A stretch of DNA of 62,993 bases, counting the filler, from Octopus bimaculoides (Eukaryota), in NCBI RefSeq assembly GCF_001194135.2. It is 5 parts of 4 records of this genome, joined end to end, with 100 filler letters (N's around TTAATTAATTAA, not from the genome) between each part and the next. Parts side by side here need not be neighbours in the genome. Positions count along the whole stretch, not along the records: positions 1 to 31,995 come from NC_068983.1; positions 32,096 to 52,856 come from NC_068994.1; 3 more parts are not named here. One strand, given 5' to 3'. The notes under the pieces were generated by a model that was given only the letters and a program-made list of their open reading frames with translations, was not told the origin of the DNA and did no database searches. The position numbers and the translations under genes are program-made. Shown here one piece after another: positions 24,541 through 35,724 of the stretch (the stretch's first letter is position 1; the number at the start of each line of letters is the position of its first letter).

Positions 24541-25979
24541 CGTATCATATATCCAAAACACAAAAAAGAAGCACAGAGATAGGTACAGGACAAAATACCA
24601 AAAGAAGTCTGATTCCTCCTTAGTTGTCAACTGTTTAATAAAGTTAATGTCTGGTTGTAGAGTGACCAAGGGTTTCACATCCATGAAGGCTATAACTTTT
24701 CAGATGTCTCATCAGACACTAGTCCAAAGAACAAAATACCAAAAAAATACGCAAGATATCACTGAGTGAAAAATATGTAAATACACAGAGATGAGTACCG
24801 GACAAAATACCAAAAGAAGTCTAACTCCTCCTCAATTGTCGACTGTTTATTACTACCTGTTTTGTGCTTTCAACGACAAGACAGGAAAACTTCATAAGAC
24901 AGAAGCATCTAGAAATTTTTTAAAATTAAAATTTATGGAGTTAGGGCTTTGAACAAGCTAACAATACTAGAGTGGACGTACAAAGTAAACAATCGATGAA
25001 GACTGACATTAAGAGCTGTTAGGCCAAGATGAATAGTAATGGGTAATGCCTGGAAGGAATTCTGAAAGGATATAGAATATATAGAAGAGAAAAAAATATT
25101 GAGTGGTGAGAGAAATGATGTCCAGCTGGCTGGATGTCCCATCCAAAAAAAAGACAGAGAGACGGGGAAAAATGGCTTATAGTCACGTGTGAGCAACAGG
25201 CAGAGGGGAAAGGGGACAAGAGAGAGGAGAAAGGAAAGAAACAAAGGGAGTGAGGAGAAGAGAGAAGGAAAGAAAGATAGTGGAGAGTGAAAGAAAGATA
25301 GACAGGGGATAGCAAAGGAGGAGGGGAAGAAAAAGAAGTATAGAGAATTATGGAGGGATAGAGAGAAAGAAAGAAAATAGGCAGAGAACAGAGTTTGGAG
25401 TCGTAGAAATTATATATAAATTTAAAAACTTACTGTTGACAAAGGCTGCATGGCATTCAATTAGAAAAAATCAAAAATACACATTAAGTACAGGACATCA
25501 TCAGCGAGTAAAAAATATGTAAACACATGAGAGACAAGCACAGGAAAAATACTAAAAAATACACAGGATATCACCAATGAGTGAAAAATACGTAAATACA
25601 CTGAGATAGGTGCAGAACAAAATACCAAAAGAAGTCTAACTCCTCCTCAGTTGTCAACTGTTTATTACTACCTGCTTCATGCTTTCAATGACAAGACAGG
25701 AAAACTTCATAAGACAGCAGCATCTAGAAATTTTTTAAATATAAAAGTTATAGAAAATTAGGGCTTTGAAAAAAATAGGTATTTTGATAATTGTACAGAG
25801 AGTGTTTATCATACTGATTGATAGTTGATGAATTTTAACTGACCTTATAACATAACTCCTTCATATATTTGACCCATTGTTTAAATTTCAATGAATTAGG
25901 TTTGGAGAAAAGCAAAAGATCATTAAAACCTCCTTGTAAGGGACAAAATTTATGTATTCTTGTATTTAAATCTTCCTAG

Positions 25980-26096
25980 TGGAATTTTCCCATTGCAATG
26001 ATTACCCGGAAGCTCGGTGCACTGCTGGCTGTTGGTTGCACCACAGTTATAAAACCTGCTGAAGATACACCCCTGTCTGCTCTTGCTCTTTGTCAG
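25980..26096 (+). CDS. ALDH5A1: SSADH coding exon 5 (117 nt)
   Basis: TAG acceptor; [39 protein letters not shown] (WNFP oxyanion Asn, ITRK substrate Arg, KPAE cofactor motif); GTAAGA donor. Confidence 0.97.
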
Positions 26097-26285
26097 GTAA
26101 GAATAAAACCTGAGAAGTGGTTTACAACACTACAAAATATCATTTTTCTTTGATATTCTTTCTTAATTTTGGGATGACGGTATTTGCGTATTTCTTTATG
26201 AAATCATTATATAGATTTGATATATTGTGACTAGATCTTTAATCATGTTATAAAACTATGCTTCTGTCACTTGTTAATAGTATTA

Positions 26286-27039
26286 CCATATATACTTGTG
26301 TAAAAGTCGAATTTTTTATGTCAAATATATGGGGTCAAGTATTACATGGATACTACTTTTGAGGGGCTGAAATTCAAGCTAGAATCCGAAGTACCGTATC
26401 TACAGCAGAAGCCCAACTGATCTGTAAGTGAATAAAAACAAAAATACAATGAATTACAATAATATTACCAAATCTATGCATTAAAGCACATGTCCTAGTA
26501 AAATATGAAGGTTGCATGGAAACCACTGATCTAGCGATTAAGTGAATGTTTTTAGGCTTATCAAAGTCATGCTTTGTATGACAGTGGCGCTTGCCAGTGT
26601 TCGCCAATAGTGCTGTGTGTGAAACATGTTTCTCACCTTGTAAACAAGTGTATGATGCATGTGTTTATTGTGCTTGAAAAGTATGCAGGCTTGCAGCATA
26701 TCCTGTGCATACATTTTAGTAATGGTAATGTAGCACCCATCAACAGATGTCTAGTGCTTGCTATTAAATGGTGTTTTACTATAAGCACCGAACATTTCAT
26801 TATAAGCACCAAGTATTCCACCTTTAGAGAAGACTACAGTAAGGTAGCCACACAATTTTGTAACAGTGTTAATTCTATGTACAGGATAATATGGTACCTT
26901 GACCCACAAATGTTGTCCTGTTATTCGTGAAATACTAGGGTTGACTTTTATACTGGGTCTTTGGAGAATTCCCAATCTTGGGGCCAAAAATAGGGGGTCG
27001 AATTTTACATGAGATCGACTATTAATCAAGCATATATGG
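26286..27039. mobile_element. Non-autonomous TA-flanked DNA transposon (pogo/Tc2-like MITE), 754 bp
   Basis: TA|CCATATATACTTGTGTAAAAGTCGA ... TCGACTATTAATCAAGCATATATGG|TA imperfect TIRs; subterminal GGGGTC(A/G)A..TTACATG repeats; no ORF. Confidence 0.8.
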
Positions 27040-27678
27040 TATTTTATTTAGCACTGCCAGATACTGTAGAAGAGTACTCTAAATCAATGGTGTGTAAGTT
27101 ATATTAACTAGTAATACTGTTGTAATTTTTCTTTATATGCAACTAATATCAGTGGAAATGTAATCTTCATGTGCTAGCACTCTTGTTAGGCACTAAGTGG
27201 AATGATATTTTAAAAAGACCATTTTGCTCCTTTTTTTCCATTTAAGTTATAATATTTCTAACATATCAAAGATTTATATGAAAATAATACTAGCTGTTAT
27301 CTCTACCACAAACAATAATTATGCCACCTGTACATTTCTGATAATTGTTATAATTATGAGCTGCAATTGAATAAATATGCTTCAGCTTCAACTTTAACAT
27401 CAGGCCTTCAGGATAACTATATATGTAGAAGATAAACAGTTATAGGATATTGAAAATATGTTGTGCAGAAGATGCCATTAGTTTCACATGTAAACTGAAA
27501 AAAATTCCATGAAGTTTCTTATTCTATGCATTATTAAGAATTGCACACTTATTGTAGGATCCATTTTCTACTAGTTAATGCTTTTTAGTAAATCTCTGTG
27601 TAAGGATTAAAATTATCCTATTTTTGCCTGCATTTTATTTCTATTGCTTTTTTCCTCATTTCTTTTTTTTTTATTCAG

Positions 27679-27822
27679 CTTGCAGAAGAAGCAGGTATTC
27701 CTGCTGGAGTTGTTAATGTTGTAACATCTTCCAGAGATAAAACTCCCGCTGTAGGAAAGCTTCTCTGTGAAAGTCCTAAAATAGCAACCATTTCCTTCAC
27801 AGGATCAACAGGTGTGGGAAAG
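27679..27822 (+). CDS. ALDH5A1: SSADH coding exon 6 (144 nt)
   Basis: CAG acceptor; LAEEAGIPAGVVNVVTSSRDKTPAVGKLLCESPKIATISFTGSTGVGK (FTGST NAD-binding motif); GTAGGC donor. Confidence 0.97.
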
Positions 27823-28296
27823 GTAGGCCATTATTTATTTGTATGATGAAGTGGTTGAATAAGGGCAAAATGTATCACCCGCTGGATGTAAAGAATGCTG
27901 TCAAAGACTAACAACCTATGCAAGATCGATAGGTATATACTTTTTAACCTAGAAATTAAAGCCTTTGTCAAAAAGTTTAATATAGATTGAAGAATTGAAT
28001 GCTTAGTTAGAGTTAGTAGGGAAGCTTTCATTACACTGAAAAACCATGTACCTGACTTTTATGTTAGACCTAAATGCAGGCTAATTAACCCTGTTGAGAC
28101 ACAAAAAACATTGTACTTAATCATTTTTTTGTATGTGGTAAAGTCAAACTGTTTTAATTGCTGGTACTGGAGAAAAAATGGGAACCTAATTAAAGGAAAG
28201 CAACTCCAAAAAAGGAAATGGAAGTGATACAGAAATTTACACACCATTTTGAAAGTGCTGCAACAAACTTTCAACAAAACAGCTGACACTCCATTG

Positions 28297-28461
28297 GTTA
28301 CGACGGTGTGGGTTCCATTTAATTTGATTAATGGAACAACCTGCTTGTGAAATTAACATGCAAGTGGCTGAGTACTCCACAGACACGTGTACCTTTAACC
28401 TAGTTCTCTGGGAGATTCGGCATGACACAGAATGTGACAAATCTAGCCCTTTGAATTACTT
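28297..28461 (-). mobile_element. SINE 3' fragment
   Basis: Aligns to 8200-8345. Confidence 0.75.
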
Positions 28462-28609
28462 TCATCAACTTTCAACCTGTTAATAAATGAACTTGATATA
28501 TATGGTTAATCATTTCTGCTCTTTTGTGCATAGCAAAACAAATTTGAAGCTGCATTTTTTAAAATCAAACATACTATCTTTGAAATAAATGCTTTTTTCA
28601 TCATTATAG

Positions 28610-28753
28610 GTCTTGTTGTCAAATTCAGCATCAACAGTGAAAAGGTTATCTCTTGAACTTGGTGGAAATGCCGCATTTATTGTATTTAATAGCGCTGATA
28701 TTGATAAAGCTGTCAGTGGAGCCATGGCATGTAAATTCCGTTGTTCTGGTCAG
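28610..28753 (+). CDS. ALDH5A1: SSADH coding exon 7 (144 nt)
   Basis: TAG acceptor; [48 protein letters not shown] (ELGG general-base Glu, KFR substrate Arg); GTGAGA donor. Confidence 0.97.
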
Positions 28754-29479
28754 GTGAGAAACTAAGGCATTCTTCTAAATTCTTTCACTTTTTCCTCATT
28801 AAAATTTAGTACAGTATCAGATACCAGGAAACCCCCAAATGGCAGAAATTCAAAAGATAGTGCTCATGGGAACTGCCCATATCCAAATATTGTCTATGTA
28901 ATCTCAAATTTTAAAATAAACTCATAATTTTCTTATGTTTTCTTAAACATTCTCTAGAACAGTACTATGTACAGAACCAAATATATGACACCCTAGGCAT
29001 AACATCAACAGGAACTTCTAACTTGTTGTCGCTTGGGGTCTCTGGGTGAGACTTGGAGCCAACTTGTACAAATGCAAAGCAAAAGTCAAATAATAATAAC
29101 AATAATAATAATGATGATGATGATTTATTTGCCACCAGGGCAAAGGATGAGGGGGACAATACAATGACAGGCATAAAGTGTAGAGGTTTACATATAATAA
29201 AATGATAGGAAATTTGCACTTGATACTAAGTATATGAAAAATAGACTCATGACTAACAAAACCTAGTTGTCATTTAATTTTGCCTCTTATATCTCTAGTA
29301 AAGTAAATATCAGTCATATGCTTGGACTGAGTCAACTTGACAGTAACATCTTGTTTATGAAAAAGACCTTGTTTAAAACAGAAGTTACTGATTTCACCTT
29401 AGACACAAGGTCAAAATTTGGGCTTTTAATCTATTTGATTGATTCAGAAAAAAGGAAAATATTAAATCTCAGTGGATTT

Positions 29480-30520
29480 CATCATCATCATCGTCGTTTA
29501 ACATCCGTTTTCCATGTTGGCATGGGTTGGACGGTTTGACTGGGGACTGGTGAGCAAGATGGCTGCATCAGGCTCCAGTCTGATCTGGCAGTGTTTCTAC
29601 AGCTGGATGCCCTTCCTAACTCCAACCACTCTGAGAGTGTAGTGGGTGCTTTTTACATGCCACCGGCATAGGGGCCAGAGGAGGCTGGCAATGACCATGA
29701 TTGGCTGGTGTTTTTTACGTGCCACTAGCATGGAAGCCAGTCAAGGCGGCACTGGGATCGGCCACGTTTGGATGGTGCCTTTTATGTGCCACAGGCATGG
29801 GGATCACAACTACAATTTCCATTTGATTTTGATTTTGATGTACTTGACTCAATAGGTCTCCTCAATCACACAGCATGTCACCCTACAATCCAAGGTTCTT
29901 TTGAGTGGGCTGGGGCTGGTTATGCAACACTGGCATAGGCTACAACTGTGAACTCACTTTATTCCCTGGGTCTTCGCAGTCACAGCATATCTCCAGAGGT
30001 CTCGGTCTTTTGTCATTGCCTCTGTGAGGCCCAATATTCAAAGGTCATGCTTCACCACCTCATTCCATGTCTTCCTGGGTCTACCTCTACTCTGGATTCC
30101 TTCAACTGCTTGAGAGTGGCACTTCTTTGCACAACTCTCCTCATCCATCCATAGTACACAACCATAACAGTGCAAACGTCATTCTTGCCTGCCGCATCTG
30201 ATGCTTGTATGTCCAAAATTTCCCTCAGGGTGCTTACACTCTGTCGTGTGTGCACACTGACATTACACATCCAGCAGATCATGCTAGCTTAATTTCTTTG
30301 AGCCTATGCATGTCCTCAGCAGTCACGGCCCATGTCTCACTGCCGTGAAGCATGGCAGTTCGCACACATGTATCGTACAATCTACCTTTCACTCTGAGCG
30401 AGAGGCCTTTTGTCACCAGTAGGGGTAGAAGCTTTCTGAACTTTGCCCAGGCTGTTCTTATTCTAGTAGTAACACTCTCTGAGCATCCACTCCCATTACA
30501 GACTTGGTCACCTAACAGAA
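29480..30520 (-). mobile_element. 5'-truncated RTE-clade LINE (~1 kb), antisense in intron 7
   Basis: Minus strand: LGDQVCNGSGCSESVTTRIRTAWAKFRKLLPLLVTKGLSLRVKGRLYDTCVRTAMLHGSETWAVT..., GRPRKTW-like segment, 3' UTR and (GAT)n tail. Confidence 0.92.
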
Positions 30521-30909
30521 GCTAGAAACTAAATTCTGTAAGGTACTATATTATATTTGTCAATCTACCAGACTAAGAAAGATTTAGTATTATTATTGTG
30601 TGAAGAATATTTTAATGTTTTAGGAATTGGGTGATTTCTAAAATTGTACAATAAGTATCAAATTATATTTAGTGGAAAGACATGTTACATTGCTTATCTA
30701 ACTTGTTTGAGATACTATTCCTGCTTCACAATCAAGTTAGTTAGCATTTAGACAGGTATGTTGCCATAAATACTTGTGATTACCGTTATACAATTTAAGA
30801 AAACAATTAATATTAATTACCCATTCAACTTATATTGAATAAATTTAGAAAGTTTAAAGTTTTGTATACATTTGTGAAAATTTTGCATTGTATTTTTATA
30901 TTCAACCAG

Positions 30910-31068
30910 ACATGTGTGTGTGCAAATCGTTTTCTTGTCCAAAGTGGAATTCATGATGAATTTGTCAGGTGTTTTGCTAAAGCCATTGAAACTAATTTGA
31001 AGGTGGGTGATGGCTTGAAGCCTGGAGTGACTATGGGTCCTCTTATAAATTCAGCTGCTGTTGACAAG
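30910..31068 (+). CDS. ALDH5A1: SSADH coding exon 8 (159 nt), last exon visible; gene 3'-partial
   Basis: CAG acceptor; [53 protein letters not shown] (catalytic Cys in GQ|TC); GTAAGA donor, no stop reached. Confidence 0.97.
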
Positions 31069-31197
31069 GTAAGATTTCTTGTCATTTCTTCTATCTTTTC
31101 CTTTCCTTTCTACCTTTATAAACATAAGTACTATAATTATTTCATAGTTGAATGGCTTAGTTTATATTGTGGTGTCATGTCATATTTCTTTTCACTT

Positions 31198-31530
31198 CCA
31201 GAAGCATCAGACTCTTATCCCCAAACTTCACTGTTTCGTTGTGACCAATGTGGGTCATTTCACTTTCTTGGAGACCTTCTGACAAATTTTCACTTAGAAA
31301 GCAAATCAACCCATGTTACATGATGAAAACAGTGAAGTTTCGGGGTAAGAGTCTGATGCTTTGGGAATACTTAAAAAGTGTACAAGAAAGTTGGTTAAAA
31401 TTGATAGTAACTTGAATAGTGCCAAATACATCCAGTTGCTGAAGGACAATTTGGTACCAGACTTGGATGAAGGTGAGATTTTTTAGCATGATGGAGCTCC
31501 ATGCCTCAGATCATGTGCAATGCAACAGTC
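31198..31530 (+). mobile_element. Tc1 transposase fragment with a local inverted duplication
   Basis: KTVKF.G..LM.W, KLVKIDSNLNSAKYIQLLKDNL, IF*HDGAPC; 31198-31237 is the inverted copy of 31326-31364. Confidence 0.78.
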
Positions 31531-31534
31531 TGGC

Positions 31535-31610
31535 TGTTACCATATTGAAATTGGATATTTCAGTATAAGGGGCTGTTATCTGGATTATTGTCTACAGGAG
31601 GAACATTATG

Positions 31611-31641
<31 letters not shown>

Positions 31642-31930
31642 GTATTAGTAGTAGTAGTAGTAGTAGCATAATTATTATCTACCAGATTATTAGAGGTTGA
31701 ACCAGGATCAAGGTGGTTATAATACTTAATTTGTTCCTTATATCCTGCCATATATAAGGCGCTATTATTGAAAATGTTTACATTAGCGGATAGTTTAGAG
31801 ATTCCAAGCAAAATGTTTTTAACCAAATTTTTTGTTATATTAGTAGGGTGATTGCTAAATACTCTGATGTATTTTAGATTGGTTAAAGTTTTATGGTATA
31901 GGAAATATAAGGCTTTATTTAAGTTGAGCA
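31535..31930 (-). mobile_element. Penelope-like element fragment (RT thumb/linker region)
   Basis: YIRVFSNHPTNITKNL..ISKLSANVNIFNNSALYMAGY resembles the PLE SNHP..I.K..RLS..S...F...GY segment. Confidence 0.65.
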
Positions 31931-31944
31931 TATATGTATGTATA

Positions 31945-31995
<51 letters not shown>

Positions 31996-32095
31996 NNNNN
32001 NNNNNNNNNNNNNNNNNNNNNNNNNNNNNNNNNNNNNNNTTAATTAATTAANNNNNNNNNNNNNNNNNNNNNNNNNNNNNNNNNNNNNNNNNNNN
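31996..32095. other. Artificial scaffold linker (44 N + TTAATTAATTAA + 44 N)
   Basis: Exactly 100 bp; the 12-mer has stops in all six frames; identical architecture four times. Confidence 0.93.
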
Positions 32096-32583
32096 GCGCA
32101 TTTCTCAATATGATCACTAAAAGGTATCATTCGGTGTTCTGGGTGTGCAATCTGCTGGCGGTGCAGAGTGCATCTACGTCTGAGCGATAATCTTGTGGAC
32201 CCTATGTAGTTCTCGTGGCAGCCCGAGCATCTTATTACATAAATAAGATTTTCTGAGGCACAAGTAAAGTTAGATTTAACTTTGAATTTGTGTCCCTCTT
32301 TGAAGAGGAATTCTGAACCTTCTAGAATGTTTGGGCATGTTGCACAATTTGGTCGACCACATTTGTTTACTTTCGCATCTGTTGTTTCGGAAAATAATTT
32401 TGCCTTTGTATGAATATATATATATATTCATACATAATTAATTAATTATATATATACATATATATATAATATAATGCACATATATAATACATATAGTATA
32501 ATACATATATATATAATACATGTATATAATACATATAATATAATATATATAATACATATAATATAATATATATATAGCAATGT

Positions 32584-32623
<40 letters not shown>

Positions 32624-32697
32624 NNNNNNNNNNAGAGAGGGAGGGAGGAAGACAAACAGACAAACAGACAAACAGACAGACAGAGAAATAGACAGAC

Positions 32698-32765
<68 letters not shown>

Positions 32766-33051
32766 GCAACGGGCTTCTTTTAATTTCCACCCTATTAAGT
32801 CCACTCACTAAGCTTAAGGCTTTGGTCTGCACGAGGCTATAGTAGAGAACATTTGCCTAAAGTGGGAAAGGACCTGGAGCCAAATATCAATTGAGACGTG
32901 TGCCACTTGACATAATTTCCAGTGTTAAGAGTTGAAACGTCATTAAAGAAAAAATTCATTGTGTGAAGTTTAGGAGTCAGCTGTCGCCTGCGGAGCTGAG
33001 GTTAATTTCCATTTGTTAATTACAATACATCCTCTAAGGAAGGAGCGCTCT

Positions 33052-33300
33052 TTAGTGGATAGGATATTTGCTTCGCGATCGTAATGTCGTCAGTTCGATT
33101 CCCAGCCGATTAAGACACTTGAGCAAAATACATTATTTCACGTTGCTCCAGTCCAACCACTTGACAAAAATAAGTATTTACCTGTATTTCAAAAGGCCGA
33201 CTTTGTCACATTCTGTGTCACGCTGACTCACTCTGAGAACTATGTTAAGGGTAAATATGTCTGCGGAGTTCTCAGCCACTCGCACATTAATTTCATGAGC
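33052..33300 (+). mobile_element. tRNA-derived SINE (same subfamily as 20505-20866)
   Basis: TTAGTGG..AGTTCGATTCCC head, body cacgttgctccagtcca.., shared 3' part. Confidence 0.75.
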
Positions 33301-33530
33301 TGAGTACGTAAGGTAGTTGCGGACATACCTTATTTGAGTCATTGCTGCATTTTTTGCTAACTCTGTATAATTGTTGTTTCAGAAAATGATAACGGCAGAC
33401 CCTCAGCTTAATCAAGAAATGAAGAGGCATGCTGTTATTGTGGTTATAAAGGCTGAGCATAGCGATTTAGAAATATCTCGATTTTTAAAAGTTGCCAGAT
33501 CTTTCGTCTACAAAGTTGCCAGACCTTTCG
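33301..33530 (+). mobile_element. 5' fragment of a Tc1/mariner-superfamily element (HTH start)
   Basis: MKRHAVIVVIKAEHSDLEISRFLKVARSFVYKV has HTH spacing typical of transposase N-termini; no catalytic part seen. Confidence 0.5.
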
Positions 33531-35065
33531 TCTGCATATATTTATACACACGCACACATCACCATCATCATCGTCGTCATCGTCATCAACCACTTGTATC
33601 GGCAACTTTTATAATAGCAAAAAGTTTTTTTGTCTTATATTATTGCCGCCATTTCCTATGTGTATTGCTTTTTGGATTTTGAACATCACACAAGGGAACT
33701 GTTTTCTTTTTCTACAAATTTCATGGATAACCTCAGAAAATCTAACATTTGCAGCTCACATCATTACAGATACGTTAGAGTGTAAGTATGTATGCATGCA
33801 TGAAAATATGTACATACATCGACTCACCAAGAATAAAATAAAGGAGCCAAAATGCAAAACACAAACAGCAGACATCTTGTGCCAGAAAATAGTTATCGGG
33901 AAGTAATTCGTTTTTGGCACACTTGTTATCTTACACAGTTTTGGAAGAAAAGAGATAGAATGGAAAGGTTCGCTGATTGTGTGTACATGGGTGTGTATTT
34001 GTTTGTTTCTCTGTATGTATGCATATATATATATGCACATATTTATGCATGCATATATATGCATAGCTACACACACAAACGCACACACACATATATATAT
34101 ATATATATGTTTGTGTGTGTATATATATTTGTGTTTGTGTGTGTGTGTAGATGCAATCGTGGCTGTGTGCTAAGAAGTTTGCATGCCAACTATATATATA
34201 TATATATATNNNNNNNNNNNNNNNNNNNNNNNNNNNNNNNNNNNNNNNNNNNNNNNNNNNNNNNNNNNNNNNNNNNNNNNNNNNNNNNNNNNNNNNNNNN
34301 NNNNNNNNNNNNNNNNNNNNNNNNNNNNNNNNNNNNNNNNNNNNNNNNNNNNNNNNNNNNNNNNNNNNNNNNNNNNNNNNNNNNNNNNNNNNNNNNNNNN
34401 NNNNNNNNNNNNNNNNNNNNNNNNNNNNNNNNNNNNNNNNNNNNNNNNNNNNNNNNNNNNNNNNNNNNNNNNNNNNNNNNNNNNNNNNNNNNNNNNNNNN
34501 NNNNNNNNNNNNNNNNNNNNNNNNNNNNNNNNNNNNNNNNNNNNNNNNNNNNNNNNNNNNNNNNNNNNNNNNNNNNNNNNNNNNNNNNNNNNNNNNNNNN
34601 NNNNNNNNNNNNNNNNNNNNNNNNNNNNNNNNNNNNNNNNNNNNNNNNNNNNNNNNNNNNNNNNNNNNNNNNNNNNNNNNNNNNNNNNNNNNNNNNNNNN
34701 NNNNNNNNNNNNNNNNNNNNNNNNNNNNNNNNNNNNNNNNNNNNNNNNNNNNNNNNNNNNNNNNNNNNNNNNNNNNNNNNNNNNNNNNNNNNNNNNNNNN
34801 NNNNNNNNNNNNNNNNNNNNNNNNNNNNNNNNNNNNNNNNNNNNNNNNNNNNNNNNNNNNNNNNNNNNNNNNNNNNNNNNNNNNNNNNNNNNNNNNNNNN
34901 NNNNNNNNNNNNNNNNNNNNNNNNNNNNNNNNNNNNNNNNNNNNNNNNNNNNNNNNNNNNNNNNNNNNNNNNNNNNNNNNNNNNNNNNNNNNNNNNNNNN
35001 NNNNNNNNNNNNNNNNNNNNNNNNNNNNNNNNNNNNNNNNNNNNNNNNNNNNNNNNNNNNNNNNN

Positions 35066-35125
<60 letters not shown>

Positions 35126-35391
35126 TCTGTGTGTGTGCGTGTGTGTACATATACATATATATGTGTGTGAGAGAGAGGGAGAGAGTACTCACACATGTAA
35201 AATGAGCTTAGGGTATAAGTGAGAGGGTAACACTACTCATAACTTAAGTGTTTTCAAATTTCGGTTTGCTGAAAGAAGACGTTACGATGGATACAAGAGT
35301 TTGAACAGGAAAATATTCGTTTTATTTCGTTTAAAGGATATGAAACACATTTCACAGCTGCATGTTTGTCACTGATTATATGTCATGAATG

Positions 35392-35724
35392 TGGAGGCGC
35401 AATGGCCCAGTGGTTAGGGCAGCGGACTCGCGGTCATAGGATCGCGGTTTCGATTCCCAGACCGGGCGTTGTGAATGTTTATTGAGTGAAAACACCTAAA
35501 GCTCCACGAGGTTCCGGCAGAGGATGGTGGCGAACCCTGCTGTACTCTTTCACCACAACTTTCTCTCACTCTTACTTCCTGTTTCTGTTGTGCCTGTAAT
35601 TCAAAGGGTCAGCCTTGTCACACTGTGTCACGCTGAATCTCCCCCGAGAACTATGTTAAGGGTACACGTGTCTATGGAGTGCTCAGCCAGTTGCACGTTA
35701 ATTTCACGAGCAGGCTGTTCTGTT
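35392..35724 (+). mobile_element. tRNA-derived SINE, well preserved, 3' end lost in gap
   Basis: A box TGGCCCAGTGG (35403-35413), B box GGTTTCGATTCCC (35446-35458), followed by a non-tRNA body shared with 8193-8551. Confidence 0.9.

Noticed and set aside
24690-24725. Minus-strand CTGATGA-GACATCT-GAAA
   Set aside because: Stem II is too short and there is no convincing stem I/III; at best a decayed remnant.
24560-25745. CRISPR-like repeat-spacer array
   Set aside because: Only three long, unevenly spaced units in a eukaryotic intron; no cas context.
31560-31931. 123-aa ORF as an antisense host gene
   Set aside because: Better explained as a Penelope-like fragment with an (AAT)n expansion.
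35392-35470. tRNA gene (also 8480-8551 on the minus strand)
   Set aside because: The cloverleaf is broken in the anticodon and acceptor arms, there is no T-tract terminator, and it is fused to a multi-copy SINE body.
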